A DNA stretch of 63,787 nt, filler included, from Chiloscyllium plagiosum (GCF_004010195.1; 3 parts of one record of this genome joined end to end with filler, not necessarily neighbours in it); one strand, 5' to 3'; numbered from the whole stretch's first letter, positions 51,180 to 63,540 are shown. Notes: generated by a model from the letters alone, not told the origin. A program made the numbers and translations.

Positions 51180-52395
51180 ATCATCATCATCATCATCATC
51201 AACATCAACTGTTCCTCAATTCAAGGATATGTCTACTCAGGGTCAGGATTTCTGCCAAGTGTCTTTGTGTAACTGGACAGACTGATCCTTAAACATTAAA
51301 TCTTTGGCACTTGGGACAGGATGCCCTACAAGTCGGCGGGATCCAAAGTGTAGGATTTGCTTCCTTCTGTTTGCTCTCTTCTGTTCCTCTTCCTCATCGT
51401 TAAGGCATTTGAACTCAAAGCATGGTGCAGTTTGATGGACAAGTTGTCACCATTATGAACAATTAATAACAGACTCCTTCTTATAATTAATGTCATTTAT
51501 GCCATGCTTCTTTGTCACTGCCTGGAATTCTAGCCATGTGAGAGTTGTGGAAAACTGGACTTGGTGGGGAAAATACTTTTTAGCCATAAACAAAGTCTCC
51601 ATCATTGACTTTCTAGGAGTTCTTCCTGAATACTTGTACAGCTGACTTCAAGAAGGGCCTGATAGAGATTATAAGATAATAAGGGGTATAGATACAGTTA
51701 TTGGCAGTGGTTGGGGGCACATTTATAAGGTGAGAAGAGAGAGATTTTAAAAAAGATGTGAAGGACAATTTTTTTTACACAGACGGTTCGCATGTGGAAT
51801 GAACTTCCTAAGGAAGTGGTGGATGTGGGTACTATTACAACATTTAAAAGACATTTGGATAAGTTTTGGAAAGAAAACGTTTGGAGGGATATGGACCAGG
51901 AGCAGACATATGGGACTAGTTTAGTTTGGGATTATACTCAGCATGGACTGGTTGGACCAAAGAGTCTGTTTCTGTGTTCTATTACTCAATGACGATAGTT
52001 CTTACTTGTCGCTGATGCGCAGTCTGGATATCACTGCAATACAGGCATGTGATGACAACACTGTTCTGTACATTGAAAGTTCTGTTGACTTGCGCAAGTC
52101 GTTATTGTCATACACTTGCTACCATAATTTGTAGCAGATTGAACTGGTGAAAATGATCAGGTGTTGGATCACCCCGTCAATGGTGGCCTTTTCAGAGAGG
52201 TGGCTGCTGATGTTTGGAAAGTGCTCAAAATATTCCAGAGACTGACCTTCAACAAATGCGGAGATGGAATTCTTGACTGAGCAGGTGTCTGCGTTGTTAT
52301 AATTTTTGTAATGGCAGCATTCAAAAACAGGACATTTCTCTGCCATGCAGAATAAATGGCTTGTGTATATGGTGTAGAGTGGGCACAACACTGCA
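51180..52395 (-). mobile_element. Decayed RTE-clade LINE 3' fragment
   Basis: Minus peptides LEYFEHFPNISSHLSEKATIDGVIQHL and DLRKSTELSMYRTV resemble the RTE post-RT region. (ATG)n tail at 51180-51200. Confidence 0.6.
51655..51990 (+). mobile_element. CR1 3' fragment nested in the RTE fragment
   Basis: FFTQ...WNELPKEVVDVGTITTFKRHLD followed by CR1 3' UTR. Confidence 0.85.
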
Positions 52396-53564
52396 GTTAT
52401 TTTTATCAGTCCACAATAATAACAAAAAAAGCTTCTAATTTCAATTCATTTTAATGTAAACTTGGCAAGTGATTCACAGTCTTTCTGCAAGTTTCTCACG
52501 TGTAGAGAGAACAAGTTAATATTTGTATATCTCCTTTCACAACCTTTAAAACAATTAAAAAGCCCTTACCATATATTAAATTATTTTGAATTTGGTCACT
52601 GTTCTCATGCAGGAAAATTGCACGCGTAAAGCTTTCACACATAACAAACAGTTAATTGACATGATTTATTTTTGTGATCTCAGTTGAGAGATAAATATTA
52701 GACAGTTCTAAATTTGCTGTTCTTCAAAATGTGATCTTCTATGTCGAGAGAGGATTTGGACAGAAGAGGATAGACAGACTTTCAGTTTAACATCTCACTC
52801 AAGGCAACTTCTGACTGCAGGATCAGCACAGATTGTGGACTCAAGTCTTTGTAATGGAGTTAGAAACTACAATCTGATGAGTCACCACCATTGAACACAC
52901 AAGATTGTGATACAACAGGATCCATATGGTCTATATTAGAAATCAATTTATAAAGAGTTTTCTGTGAATTAATAAATATCAGTTCTGATACAAGTGTTGT
53001 CTTTACTAATATTAGATGCCAGTGATTGAAAAATATTTGGAGAGATTTCAATTATGCTTCTTCGTTGCCTGTTGCTTAATGCAATTATTGCCTGTTTCTT
53101 TATCGGGGTAATCTTCCGACTTACTTGTTGCTTATTCATTTGTAGGTTTTCAGTTCTGTTTCAAACAATCACCATCCTTCACTTAGTGATAATTGATTTG
53201 ATGTATATTTGTCATGCAGATACATTTTGCGAAGATAGTGAGGACACAGGTTTTGAGCATGTCATATTTTCCCCTGTATTGTTGTGTTGGATGCAGGATT
53301 ATAGAACTTAGAACATTACAGCACAGTACAGCACCCCCTCCCCACCCCACCCCTGATGTTGTAATGACCTGTGAAACCAATCTGAAGCCCATCCACGCTA
53401 TTCCATTTTCATCCATATGTTTATTCAATTGTTGATCTTTGTTTGGTTTTGCAACGAAATGTCAGTGATTATTTGTCACTTCAAAAATAATATTTGACTT
53501 ATGAAACCTTTTTCATAAATGTATCTGATTAACTTCAAAGAAAAACACCCTTTCTGTAATGCAG

Positions 53565-53680
53565 AACACTCTGATGGTGAATCGCTGTTTTATATCATTA
53601 GTCCACGAGATATTGTAGTGGCGAAGGAGCGGGATCAAGATGATCACATTGAATGGCTCCTTGGAAAAAAGAAATATGAA
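53565..53680 (+). CDS. VPS41: VPS41 coding exon, 116 nt
   Basis: gcag| ... |gtaagc. Encodes (E)HSDGESLFYIISPRDIVVAKERDQDDHIEWLLGKKKYE. Confidence 0.97.
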
Positions 53681-53798
53681 GTAAGCTTTCTTTTCCTTTA
53701 TCCTCTTTCCTTCTGTGTGCACATTATGATAAAGATATTTTCTATTGCTGGATTTGCAGAAAGCTGATAAATTTTTCTTTTCTCATCCCATGTTTTAG

Positions 53799-53855
53799 GA
53801 AGCTATGATGGCAGCTGAAATCAGCCAGAAGAATATAAAAAGACATAATATATTG
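53799..53855 (+). CDS. VPS41: VPS41 coding exon, 57 nt
   Basis: ttttag| ... |gtaact. Encodes EAMMAAEISQKNIKRHNIL; follows a 118-nt intron. Confidence 0.97.
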
Positions 53856-53884
53856 GTAACTTAAACACATGGCAGTAAATAACA

Positions 53885-55040
53885 ATGACTTGCATTCACA
53901 CCTTTAAAATAGTGGAACATCCCAAGATACTTTCAAAGCAAAATTTGTCACCAAGCCAAATTAAAAAGATATTGGGGCACATCAACAAAATTTTGGTCAA
54001 AGAGGTAGTTTTTAAGGAGCGTACATAAGGATGAGCATGAGGTTGGGAGGTTTTTAGGGGGAGTTTCAGAATTTAGGACTTCAGCAGTTAATGTGATGGG
54101 CACCAAAATTTGGATGCTCAGGAGGTCAGAATTACAGGAGCATGTAAATCTCAGAAGCTTATAGGGCTGGAAATTTTCAGAGATACAAACGAGCAAGGCT
54201 ATGCCAGGCTGGTATGAAAGCAGAATGAGAATTTATAGGTCAGTGAGGACAGGAGTAATAAGTAAATAGGACACGATGGAATTTAGGATTTGGACAGTAA
54301 AGTTTTCTGTGACCTCAGATTTAAGAAGGATAGAAAGTAGAAGGCCAACATTAGATCATTTCAAGGTAACAAAGGCAAAATGAGGGTTTCAGAATGAGCT
54401 AACGCAGGAAGGAATTGTCAAATGTTACGGAAGAGGAAATAGGCGATCTCATTAATGACAGTCAAGACTGTGGTGCTGGAAAAGCACAGCAGGTCAGGCA
54501 AAATCCGAGGAACAGGAAAATCGATGTTTGGGCAAAAGCCCTTTATCAGGAATTCCTGATGAAGGGCTTTTTGCCCAAAACATCAATTTTCCTGCTCCTC
54601 GGATGCTGCCTGACCTGCTGTGCTTTTCCAGCACCACGCTCTTGACTCTAATCTCCAGTATATGCAGTACTCACTTTCGCCTGATGTCATTAATGATGCA
54701 GGTATACAGTTGCAAGTTCACCTTGGGGGTCAAATATAAAGTTGCAAACAGTCCAATTCAGACCCTGATCCTAATTTCTAGGATTAGAGGCTGGAGTCGA
54801 TGATTAACTGTCAAGTAGAGTTTGTAATGGCAATGACTTTCTTAATATTTAGTTGGGAGGGAATTTTTCTGATCCATTATTATGTTGAACAATACTTATA
54901 GACAGTGTAGGATTGAAAGAGGTAGCGATAAGGTGGAGCTCAATGTTTCTAGCAGCTACTGCATTTTAAATATTGCCAAATGACAGCATATAGATGAGAA
55001 GTAGGAGGAACCAAGGATAGATCGTTGAGGAATACTGGTG
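53885..55040 (-). mobile_element. Old L2-like LINE fragment, host of the 54459 insertion
   Basis: Minus peptide SSLCTLLKNYLFDQNF resembles the L2 C-terminal SFK..LKT.LF motif; similar to 12020-13070. Confidence 0.6.
54459..54682 (+). mobile_element. Palindromic mini-PLE, family A, 224 bp
   Basis: Arms of ~94 bp (54460-54647) centred on GAATTC (54550-54555), then a ~35-nt tail. TSD GAT(C/G)TCATTAATGA at 54445-54458 and 54683-54696. Confidence 0.92.
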
Positions 55041-56098
55041 ATAAAAGTCTGGAAGCTGGGAAACAACAGATATAATAGTATAGAAGTGAGAAGAGAAATC
55101 ATTATGTGCTACTCTGGCTACAACTGGAAATTGTTCCAGCATTTGAGGGACAAAGTTAAGGTTTATTATTAAGTGAATTGCACATTATGAATGGACATGT
55201 TTCAGGTCATTCATGAACGAAAGCAAGAAGCACCTTTTCACACTGGAATTCTCCTTCTCAAGAAGGCCATGGAAGCAATGTCCTTTGAATGTTTCATAGC
55301 AGAGGTTGACAGCTGTTGATTAAGAAAGGATGTCAATGGATATGGAACAAAGGCTGAGAAATAGGGCCGAGGACCAAGTAGCTGCATTCTAACTGAACAG
55401 TCGAATGGGCTTGTGAGATTAAACATCCTGTTTCTATTCCTATGGAAATGGGAGAGGAGCAAAGAACACAGGCGAATTGACACACTCCCAGTCCCCCACC
55501 ACCACCCCTCCCTAAACAAATCTCACATTGTGACCACTATAATCCAATAGGCCACAGCTGAAGATTATTTTTCTTAATATTTATTCGTGGGATTTATTGC
55601 CATTGACATGAGTGCTTTGCGAGGCCATTTCAGAGGGCAGGTAAAAATCAACCACATTACTGTGAGTTTGAGTCACGCGTAGGTCTGACCAGTAAGGATG
55701 GAAGATCTATTTTCCTAAAGGGCATGAGTGTCCTAATTAGTGAACCAAATATTTACTTTATGACACGCAATAATGGTTGCACAGTCTCCATTAGATTACC
55801 TTTCATTTCGCATTTTTAAAAATTGTATTCAAACTTCACCATCTGCCAAGGGTCAAACCCATGTCCCTAGAGTATTAGCCTTGTTCTAGATGACTAGATG
55901 AGTGACATTACCAATACTGTACTAGCTCCTGGGTTCATAAGATGCAATCATGAAGAGAATTGTGAGAAAGCAGGTCGTGCATTCTTAAATTACAAAAATA
56001 TTCAAGCAGCTTGTCAACAGCAGGTAGTGGTGAAGATGTTGCATGGAAATGTGTCAGTAAAGAATTAAATATTTGCTTCTTATGGCTTTGTCTTGTAG

Positions 56099-56160
56099 GA
56101 TATTGGCAGAGCCTATGTAAACTATCTAGTGGACAAAGGAGACTATCATGGTGCTGCAAG
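56099..56160 (+). CDS. VPS41: VPS41 coding exon, 62 nt
   Basis: ttgtag| ... |gtaatg. Encodes DIGRAYVNYLVDKGDYHGAA plus 2 nt. Confidence 0.96.
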
Positions 56161-56245
56161 GTAATGCACATTAGTGTATTTTAAAGGTAACTTCAAAGAG
56201 AACTTTAGGTGAAATCATTTTTAAATGTTTGCATTCGCCTCCTAG

Positions 56246-56327
56246 AAAATGCCAGAAGATTCTTGGCAAAAACATGGATCTCTGGGAAAATGAAGTGTAC
56301 CGATTTAAAAAGATAGGTCAACTAAAA
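56246..56327 (+). CDS. VPS41: VPS41 coding exon, 82 nt
   Basis: cctag| ... |gtaagt. Encodes (R)KCQKILGKNMDLWENEVYRFKKIGQLK; follows an 85-nt intron. Confidence 0.97.
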
Positions 56328-57829
56328 GTAAGTACAGCATGTGTTGGTGTAGTGATTTCTATTAGGATAGTAATGATTCATAGTAACAAAATTCTGTAAC
56401 CAAGAATGAAGTTTATGAAAAATCCACTTTCCTTAAAATTTTTATTTTTTGTATAATTTGCTTTTTTTGACTTAAAGCCAAAATTTAAAATTGCAACTTG
56501 TTGTAGCTGTGAAGTAAAATGAGCATCATAATACAGGTTTAATCCATTGTCCCACTGAGTATTCAGCCTTAAACTGCTTATATATTGATATTCTCCAGTT
56601 GGTTCCTGTAGTTTGGATCATCAACAGTAGGCAGCTCAGTTGGATGTAAAATGGTACATTTTTCGGGGGTTGTTTGACCATAAAACTCACTTTTATAAAT
56701 TGTTTCTGCACTGTTAGTGCTCTCCATGGTGTCTTGGCTGCTGCAACACAGGCAGGTGATGATATCAGCATGTAGTTTTATTGCACCATCACACATGGAC
56801 ATGTTACCACTTGTGGACATCAAGACATGAACTCGCTATTGCACATTTACACACTGACACTAACAGCTCACTCTCTCTGTGCGCCATTTCAATATAAAAT
56901 CAACTTGGATTGTAAGAAATCTGTGCACAGAGGCCTCCTTCCTTGTGTACAGGCAAAGAAAAAAATAATTAAATGAAACATTTCAAAGATTTTTGTATCA
57001 GTATGGGTTCTACTAAAAGCAACACTGGTTATAAGACATTGCCTCACTCTCTGAGAGAGTCTGCAGATGAAACCAGATACTTGAGCAACAAATGTGCAAG
57101 TATGTGCAAGTATTAAAAATTAAATACATCTTTGTTATTTTTCAACCACAATGTTCTGATATATTTTTCTTTTTTATTAAATGTCTGAAAGGACACATTC
57201 TATGTGTATTATTTAACTGAAAGATGGCAAATGCTGACAATATGTAGCAAGTTTGGCAGCATCTTCAAAAACGTAAGGTTGATCAATATCAACCTTTGGT
57301 TCTGCAAATATGAACTTGGACGTAATTGAACTCCTTTGTATAAGCTAAGTATAATTAAGAGGAGATGCAGTAGGACAGAATGCAGTCATGTAGTCGGAAG
57401 CACATCTCAGGGACAAATATGATACTGTGGTTAGATGAGATAAAGTTAATGGATATGGAACAAAGCTCATAGCTGGGACTGAAAACCATGATTTTGGTTT
57501 TTTCACTGTTTACCTGAAGAAGATATCTGTTCAGGACTGAATCTCAGGCAAAGTAAAGATAGTGGAGGATTTGTGAGAATAGATGATGCAGTAAGGCTAA
57601 GTGTTGTCATTGTAAATGTGGACATGGATGTTGTTTTTTTCAAGGAGCATGTAAATGGGAAATGTGGAAGTGCCAAGGTTAAATCTAGACAATGCACCAG
57701 AAGTAACAACAGTATTTGCATCAAATCCTTTAATGTCATTGAGAAGGATGCCATCTTGAAGTACTGCAGTCCATCTACTGTGGATACATCTCTGCTTTTA
57801 GGGAAGGAGTTCCAGAAATTCATGACTGG

Positions 57830-58567
57830 AACAACCACAAATGCCATGGCTACAAGAGTAGGTCCAAGGTTGGGAACATTGTTATGAGTAACTCACTTTC
57901 TTACTCCCATAGTGATAGAATATAATGTACTGTCAACTTCCACTTGTAGCTCCACTAACACTTGAGAAGCTTGACACCATCCAAGACAAAGCAGCTCCCT
58001 TAACTGGCAACCTTGAACATTCACTTTCTTCACCGCTGAGACACAATGGTGGCAGTTGGTACCATCTACAGCAACTCATCAATTCTCCTTTGCAAGCTCA
58101 TAACTTCTGGAAAAGTGCAGCAGGTCAGGCAGCATCCGAGGAGCAAGAAAATTGCTGTTTTGGGCAAAAGCCCTTCATCAGATTTCCACGTCGATTCTCC
58201 TGCTCCTGGAATGCCACCTGACCTGCTGTGCTTTTCCAGCACCGCACTCTCAATTCTGATATCCAGCATCTCCAGTCCTCATTTTCTCCAAGCTCATAAC
58301 TTCTACTGCTTTGAAGGACAAGTGCAGAAATATGTGGGAATGCCATCATCACCTGCAACATACTTTTAAGCCATAAGTCATCTTGACTTGGAACTGTATT
58401 GCTGTCCATTCCCTGTGACTGAATCAACTTCAAAGTACTGTATCCTGGAGATGGACTGCAGCAATTCAAGAAGGTAGCCCACCACCACTTTTTTGAAGCC
58501 AATTAGGGATGAACAGCAAATGCTGGCCTTGCCATTGATTCCGCCCTCTATGAAAGAATGAAAAAAA
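57830..58567 (+). mobile_element. CR1/L2-group LINE 3' fragment
   Basis: Peptide APLTLEKLDTIQDKAA and A-rich end. Related pieces at ~18320-18600 (+) and ~31370-31810 (-). Confidence 0.65.
58109..58288 (+). mobile_element. Fold-back mini-PLE, family A, 180 bp
   Basis: Inverted pLTR pieces plus tail. Perfect 16-bp TSD CAAGCTCATAACTTCT at 58093-58108 and 58289-58304. Confidence 0.92.
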
Positions 58568-59807
58568 TCCTAGGCTATGTACAATTCCCAGATAAAAAAT
58601 GCATAAAGTGCGGGAAAGAAAGCTGAAGGGAAAACAAATGAACTGTTGCCAAACAAAGTCTTACAATTCTCAAACTTATAAATAATTGAATTAAACAAAC
58701 AAACCAGTCTCTTGTGTTCAATGGTAACCATCTCTATCTGCATAAACACAGACCAGAATGGACAGTTAGAATTAATTCAACTCAGCGTAGATAGATTAAA
58801 GATAAACATGTCATTTTCAATGATTGAAAATATGATCCTGAAAATAAAATTAAATTAAAACTATATTATTGTCCAAAAACAAGGCTGTTTATTGGGAAAC
58901 ACTTCTGCACATTGAGTTCTCTCTCGGCTCTTTGCTATAGTCATCATTGTGTGCCATGTCATAGACAGATAAAAGAATGGGATTTGGAAAGTCAACAGTT
59001 TTGAAAAATTCATAACCATGAAGAATAAATGACTAAAATCTGCTCGCTTAATGTTTATGGACAATTTTTTGTGTGAAACGGATTTGAAACTGGTGGTGTA
59101 AAAACTAACCAACATCCCTTGAACCTTTTGAGGGTTTCATCTCCATGAAATGAAGACAAATTGCTGCAGGATCTTGAACAAGAACATTATATAGTTTTAG
59201 ATAGCTCTTTGCAAATATTAAGTTCTTTGACTGCAATCTGTACTGCAAACCTAAGCAGTGCTGAAATGGTAGATGTAAAGATGAAAATGATTTTAAATGA
59301 GATCTGTTAAATCCTGTATTGCAAAAATAGAGCCAGCAACTAACAGCAGTTCTTTCATCCAGATCTTAAGGTAGAAGTTGTAAAATTTACAGTCACTACA
59401 CAACAAGGACTGTCAAGAATGCCAGAAACAAAAAATGATTTTCAGCTTATAGCTTTGGTGCAATCATGTCTACTGGGAGACAAGGGAACTTGATTTCCTC
59501 AGATGAAGTGGGCTCTCATCCCAGTCAATTTCATTAAAAAAAGTTCTTGCTCTGATTGGTCTTCATCGCTCAGACTTCTGTAAAATTTGGCTGTGGAACA
59601 TTTTCTCAAGCACTGGTCTAGCAATTTCTCTTGCATTGGGTGTGAAACACTTTGCAGCAGCCACATGCATTTCATTTTCTCAGATTTAAAGAGCTTTGGT
59701 TCAAAATAAAAGAAAGGAATGAATAGTTTGGCATTTTTTGTCAGCTATTGTCAGAATTCGTGCACTATGATCTGTGTATTCATACTGAGTTATTTTGTTC
59801 CTTGTAG

Positions 59808-59900
59808 GCAATTAGTCAGTACTTACCCAGAGGTGACCTACGCCTGAGACCTGCTATATATGAAATGATCTTGTATGAGTTCCTGGAGAGTGATTATGAG
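59808..59900 (+). CDS. VPS41: VPS41 coding exon, 93 nt, equivalent to human exon ~17
   Basis: ttgtag| ... |gtactg. Encodes AISQYLPRGDLRLRPAIYEMILYEFLESDYE. Confidence 0.97.
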
Positions 59901-61204
59901 GTACTGTGGCTTTTAATTGCTATGATATTGCTGATTCAACAGCTGGAACCGTTGATCATTTAATTGCCAGGTCGTGAAAGGTTATTTTACATCCTAGAGC
60001 TAATTCACTCTCAATTGAGTTGGCAAAATATAGTTGCTTAGATGTGATAGTCCAAATAGCAGCTTCTTGCAGCATTCAATATCCCCAAAACAGATATCTG
60101 ACTACCTGACTCACAAGTGAAAATTCAATTTTTGGTGTGTGTAAAATTGACATGGAACATCCACATCAAATTCAAATATTCTAGATATAGTGGTTAACAG
60201 GTGCATTTGTACATATATTTGTATTTCTACAGAGGTCAATTATTTGTATATAATTGACAATGTAAGAATGCTATGAAGAACTGAAACATCTTTTACAATT
60301 TCAATATGTTTGCAGTTAATTAAAGACTTTTTAAGTATAATTGCTGCTGCAACAAAAGAAACATAGCAGCAAATTTGCATACTCTTGCTGTGGTGATTAT
60401 ATAGTTGTGGTATCTTTCGTGACCAAGACCCAGGGGAGAGCTCCTCTGCTCTTCAAATAATACTGTGGAATTTTCCTGCTGCCTCAGAGGACAGGTATTT
60501 TAATTTATTGTCTTATTTGGACAATGGTACCTCTGACTATGTGGTGCTATCATAGTAAATTTACCAAACTAGATAATTTACCAAATTGCTGGAACAGAAC
60601 CTGACAAACCTCCACAAACCTTTGATTGTGGATGGAGTGTTTCCACTAAGCCATGAGTGACATATGCCATTTTGGCTGGTGAGCAAACAGGAAACAGAGG
60701 GTAAGGAGAAAACATTTCCATTTGATAAAGCTGTATCCAAGAAGTACTGCATGAATCCGAGAATAGGCCTTAACCATTTACAATCCATATCAATGATCTG
60801 GATGAAAAGAGTGAATGTATGATAGTTAAATTTGCTGATGACACAAATGTGGATAGCAGTATCACAGAATAGTTACAATGCAGGAGAGGCCATTTGGCCA
60901 ATTGTATCTGCATCAGCTGTCTGAATGAATAGTTCACTTGGGGCCTTTCTGCTCCTGAAAAACTGCACAATCATCCTTTTCAGATAACTTCTAATTGTTT
61001 CAATTGAACCTGCCTCCATCACAATGTCAGGTAGTGTGTTCGCCCTGTGGATAAAAGCTTTTCCAATTTCATTTTGTTTCTCGATCCATTTGTCCTCTCA
61101 TTCCAAATCCCTTCAGGAACGGGTCTAATCTGTACAGATTCCATATGATTTTGAATGCCTCTCTTAAATTCCCTTTTCTGCCTTTCCCAATATAGGTTTA
61201 TGAT

Positions 61205-61421
61205 CAAAGTTTGTGAGAAGATTTGTAGCTCGGGTGCTCGTTGTTGTGGTTCTGTTTGCCAAGCTGGGAATTTGTGTTGCAGACCTTTCGTCCCCTGTCT
61301 AGGTGACATCCTCAGTGCTTGTGAAGCTTCACAGGAGGCTCCCAAGCACTGAGGATGTCACCTAGACAGGGGACAAAAGGTCTGCAACACAAATTCCCAG
61401 CTCGGCGAACAGAACCACGAC
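61205..61421 (-). mobile_element. Palindromic mini-PLE, family C, 217 bp
   Basis: 79-bp arms (61243-61321 and 61343-61421). Tail word gagaagatttgtagctc shared with family B. Perfect 13-bp TSD ATAGGTTTATGAT at 61192-61204 and 61422-61434. Confidence 0.93.
61279..61318 (-). ncRNA. Hammerhead motif, family C
   Basis: Minus strand reads GCA-CUGAGGA-U-GUCACCU-AGAC-AGGGGAC-GAAAG-GUC-UGC. Cores intact; stem III pair mismatched. Confidence 0.62.
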
Positions 61422-63040
61422 ATAGGTTTATGATTTAATTGCCTCACACCTGGAATCATTCTCTAGGATCTTTTCTGAATCCCCCTCCAATGCCTTCACT
61501 TCTTTCCTAAAGTGCATTCCATGCTGGCTTTCTCTAATTAATCCACATTATTCCATGTTAATTTTATCCCACGTTAATGAGTTTAGACATTACCAAAACA
61601 CTGAAATTAAACTGGCTGGCCTATAATTTCTGGACTTGTCTTTTACACCCATTTTTGAACAATTGTGTAACATGTGTAATTCTCCAAGGCTCTGATATCT
61701 CTCTCCAGTCTAAAGAAGGCTGAAAAATTATGGCCAGCGCCTCCACATTTCCATTCTCATTCTGCTCCATATCTTTGAATGCATCTCATCTTGTCTTGAT
61801 GCCTTACAACTTTACAAACTGCTAGCCTGTCTAATATCTCCTCCCTATCAATTTTAAATTCTTAATGTCTGAATTACCTCCTCATTTCATGACAGGGGCT
61901 GCATCTTCTTCCTTGGAAGAAACAAAGTATTTGTTTAATACCTTATCAATGCCCTCTGCTTCCATGTGTAAATCCCCATTTTGGCCCCTAAGTGGCTTTA
62001 CTCTTTCTTCAACATTTTTAAAAAATTATTTATATGTTTAAAAATGGATTCCCTGTTATGCTAGCTGCCACTCTCTTTTAAACCTACCTCTTTGCTTTTT
62101 CTCCATCCTCTGAACCATCTCTATTCAGTCTTGCTCTCAATTGTATTTTCTGCCTGATAGTTGCCATAAGCAGATATTTTCTTCTTTACCTTAATTTAGT
62201 ATGAATGCTTTAGAGAGAGAAACTATCTACCAGAATGGTTCCAGCAATGAGAAACTTCAGCCCTGAGGATAGATTGAAAAAGTTTGAACTGGTCTCCTTT
62301 GAGAGGAGATGGTCAAGGAGATTTGAGCAAGGTTTTCTTAATTATGAGTAGGTTGGTTAGAGTCGGTAGGGAGAAATTATTTCCGCTCGTAAAAAGAGCA
62401 AGCATGCGAGCTCATAGATTTAAGGTGGAAACGAAGCAAGGGTGATGTGAGAAAACACAGCAAGTAGTTAGTATATGGATTTCACTGCCAGAAAATGTGG
62501 CAGAAGCAGGTTCAATTGAGGTATTCAAAAGAGCATTGGATGATCATTTGTACAGAAATAGTGTGCTAGGGTATGCAGGAGAAAAGCAGGAGATGGGCAT
62601 TAGGTATTCATGATTATTTGAAGAGCTAGTGCTAGCACAATGGACTGAATGACTTACTTCTGCACTGTTACAAGCTGAGATTCTATAGCCAGCCTAAACC
62701 TTATGTTACAGGGATCACTGTCATCTAAATGTTCTCTTACTCTCACTTGATCCTTGACTGGGCACAACTCATTTCCAATAACCAGGTCTAACATTGCCTC
62801 CGTATTCATTGGACTAGAAAAGTACTATTGGTTTTTTACCTTTTGGTTCTTACATCTCTGCAAGATTATGTAGGCCTTCCTCAACAGCATTAGCAAAATA
62901 CTCTGCAAGGAATTCAATCCTGTTCTATTTAGGTGTTTAGTTGTGAAGAGGACATAAGGATTCTGCAAAGGGATAAGTGATGATCAAACATTTGGGAGAT
63001 TGGCTACAACGTGCAAAAATTTGAGGTTGTCCACTTTGTC

Positions 63041-63086
63041 CCCACCCTCCACCCTCCACCCTCCACCCTCCCCACGCTCCACCCTC
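63041..63086. repeat. (CCCTCCA)n microsatellite
   Basis: About six 7-bp units, followed by three imperfect tttgcagcct repeats. Confidence 0.9.
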
Positions 63087-63540
63087 AGATTGTTTGCAGC
63101 CTTCCCTTTTACCCAATCCTTTGCAGCCTTCTCCCATCCTTTGCAGCCTCTTCCTTTCCTCACCCACCCCCTTACCTACTCTTTTTCTTTGGCCCGTCTC
63201 ACACTCCCTCTAGTGTAGAAAGCAGCACCCCTAAGTTCTAGACCTGCATCTGGAAACCCTTGAAAGCCAGACCAACAGCAATTCCAGAGATTCATTTGAC
63301 CCCAGCCATTTATCTTCCAAATTGCTCCTCCCACAATTGGCTGGTTCTCTCCTGTACTTGCTGCTGATAGGCTCACCAGTGAGGGTGGTTATGTGGGTTA
63401 AAAACAGTCTGTGATAGGAGAAAAATGAAATGGAGCAAAAGCTCTAGAGATTCTGCTGCCCTCATTTATGGATATTACCTTTTTCTGATTGGTCATAGAG
63501 GCAAAGAGCTACCAAAACCTTGGTCTCCCTAGAACATGAG

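Larger units (their letters stand above)
60640..62690. mobile_element. Cluster of old CR1 fragments in both orientations
   Basis: INDLDEKSECMIVKFADDT (+, ~60790-60845), minus-strand CR1 pieces at ~60860-62170, and a + 3' end at ~62210-62690. Confidence 0.65.

Noticed and set aside
9343..61421. Strand bias of intact hammerheads (selection against sense-strand cleavage)
   Set aside because: Intact and dead copies occur on both strands in similar proportions, and the sample is too small.
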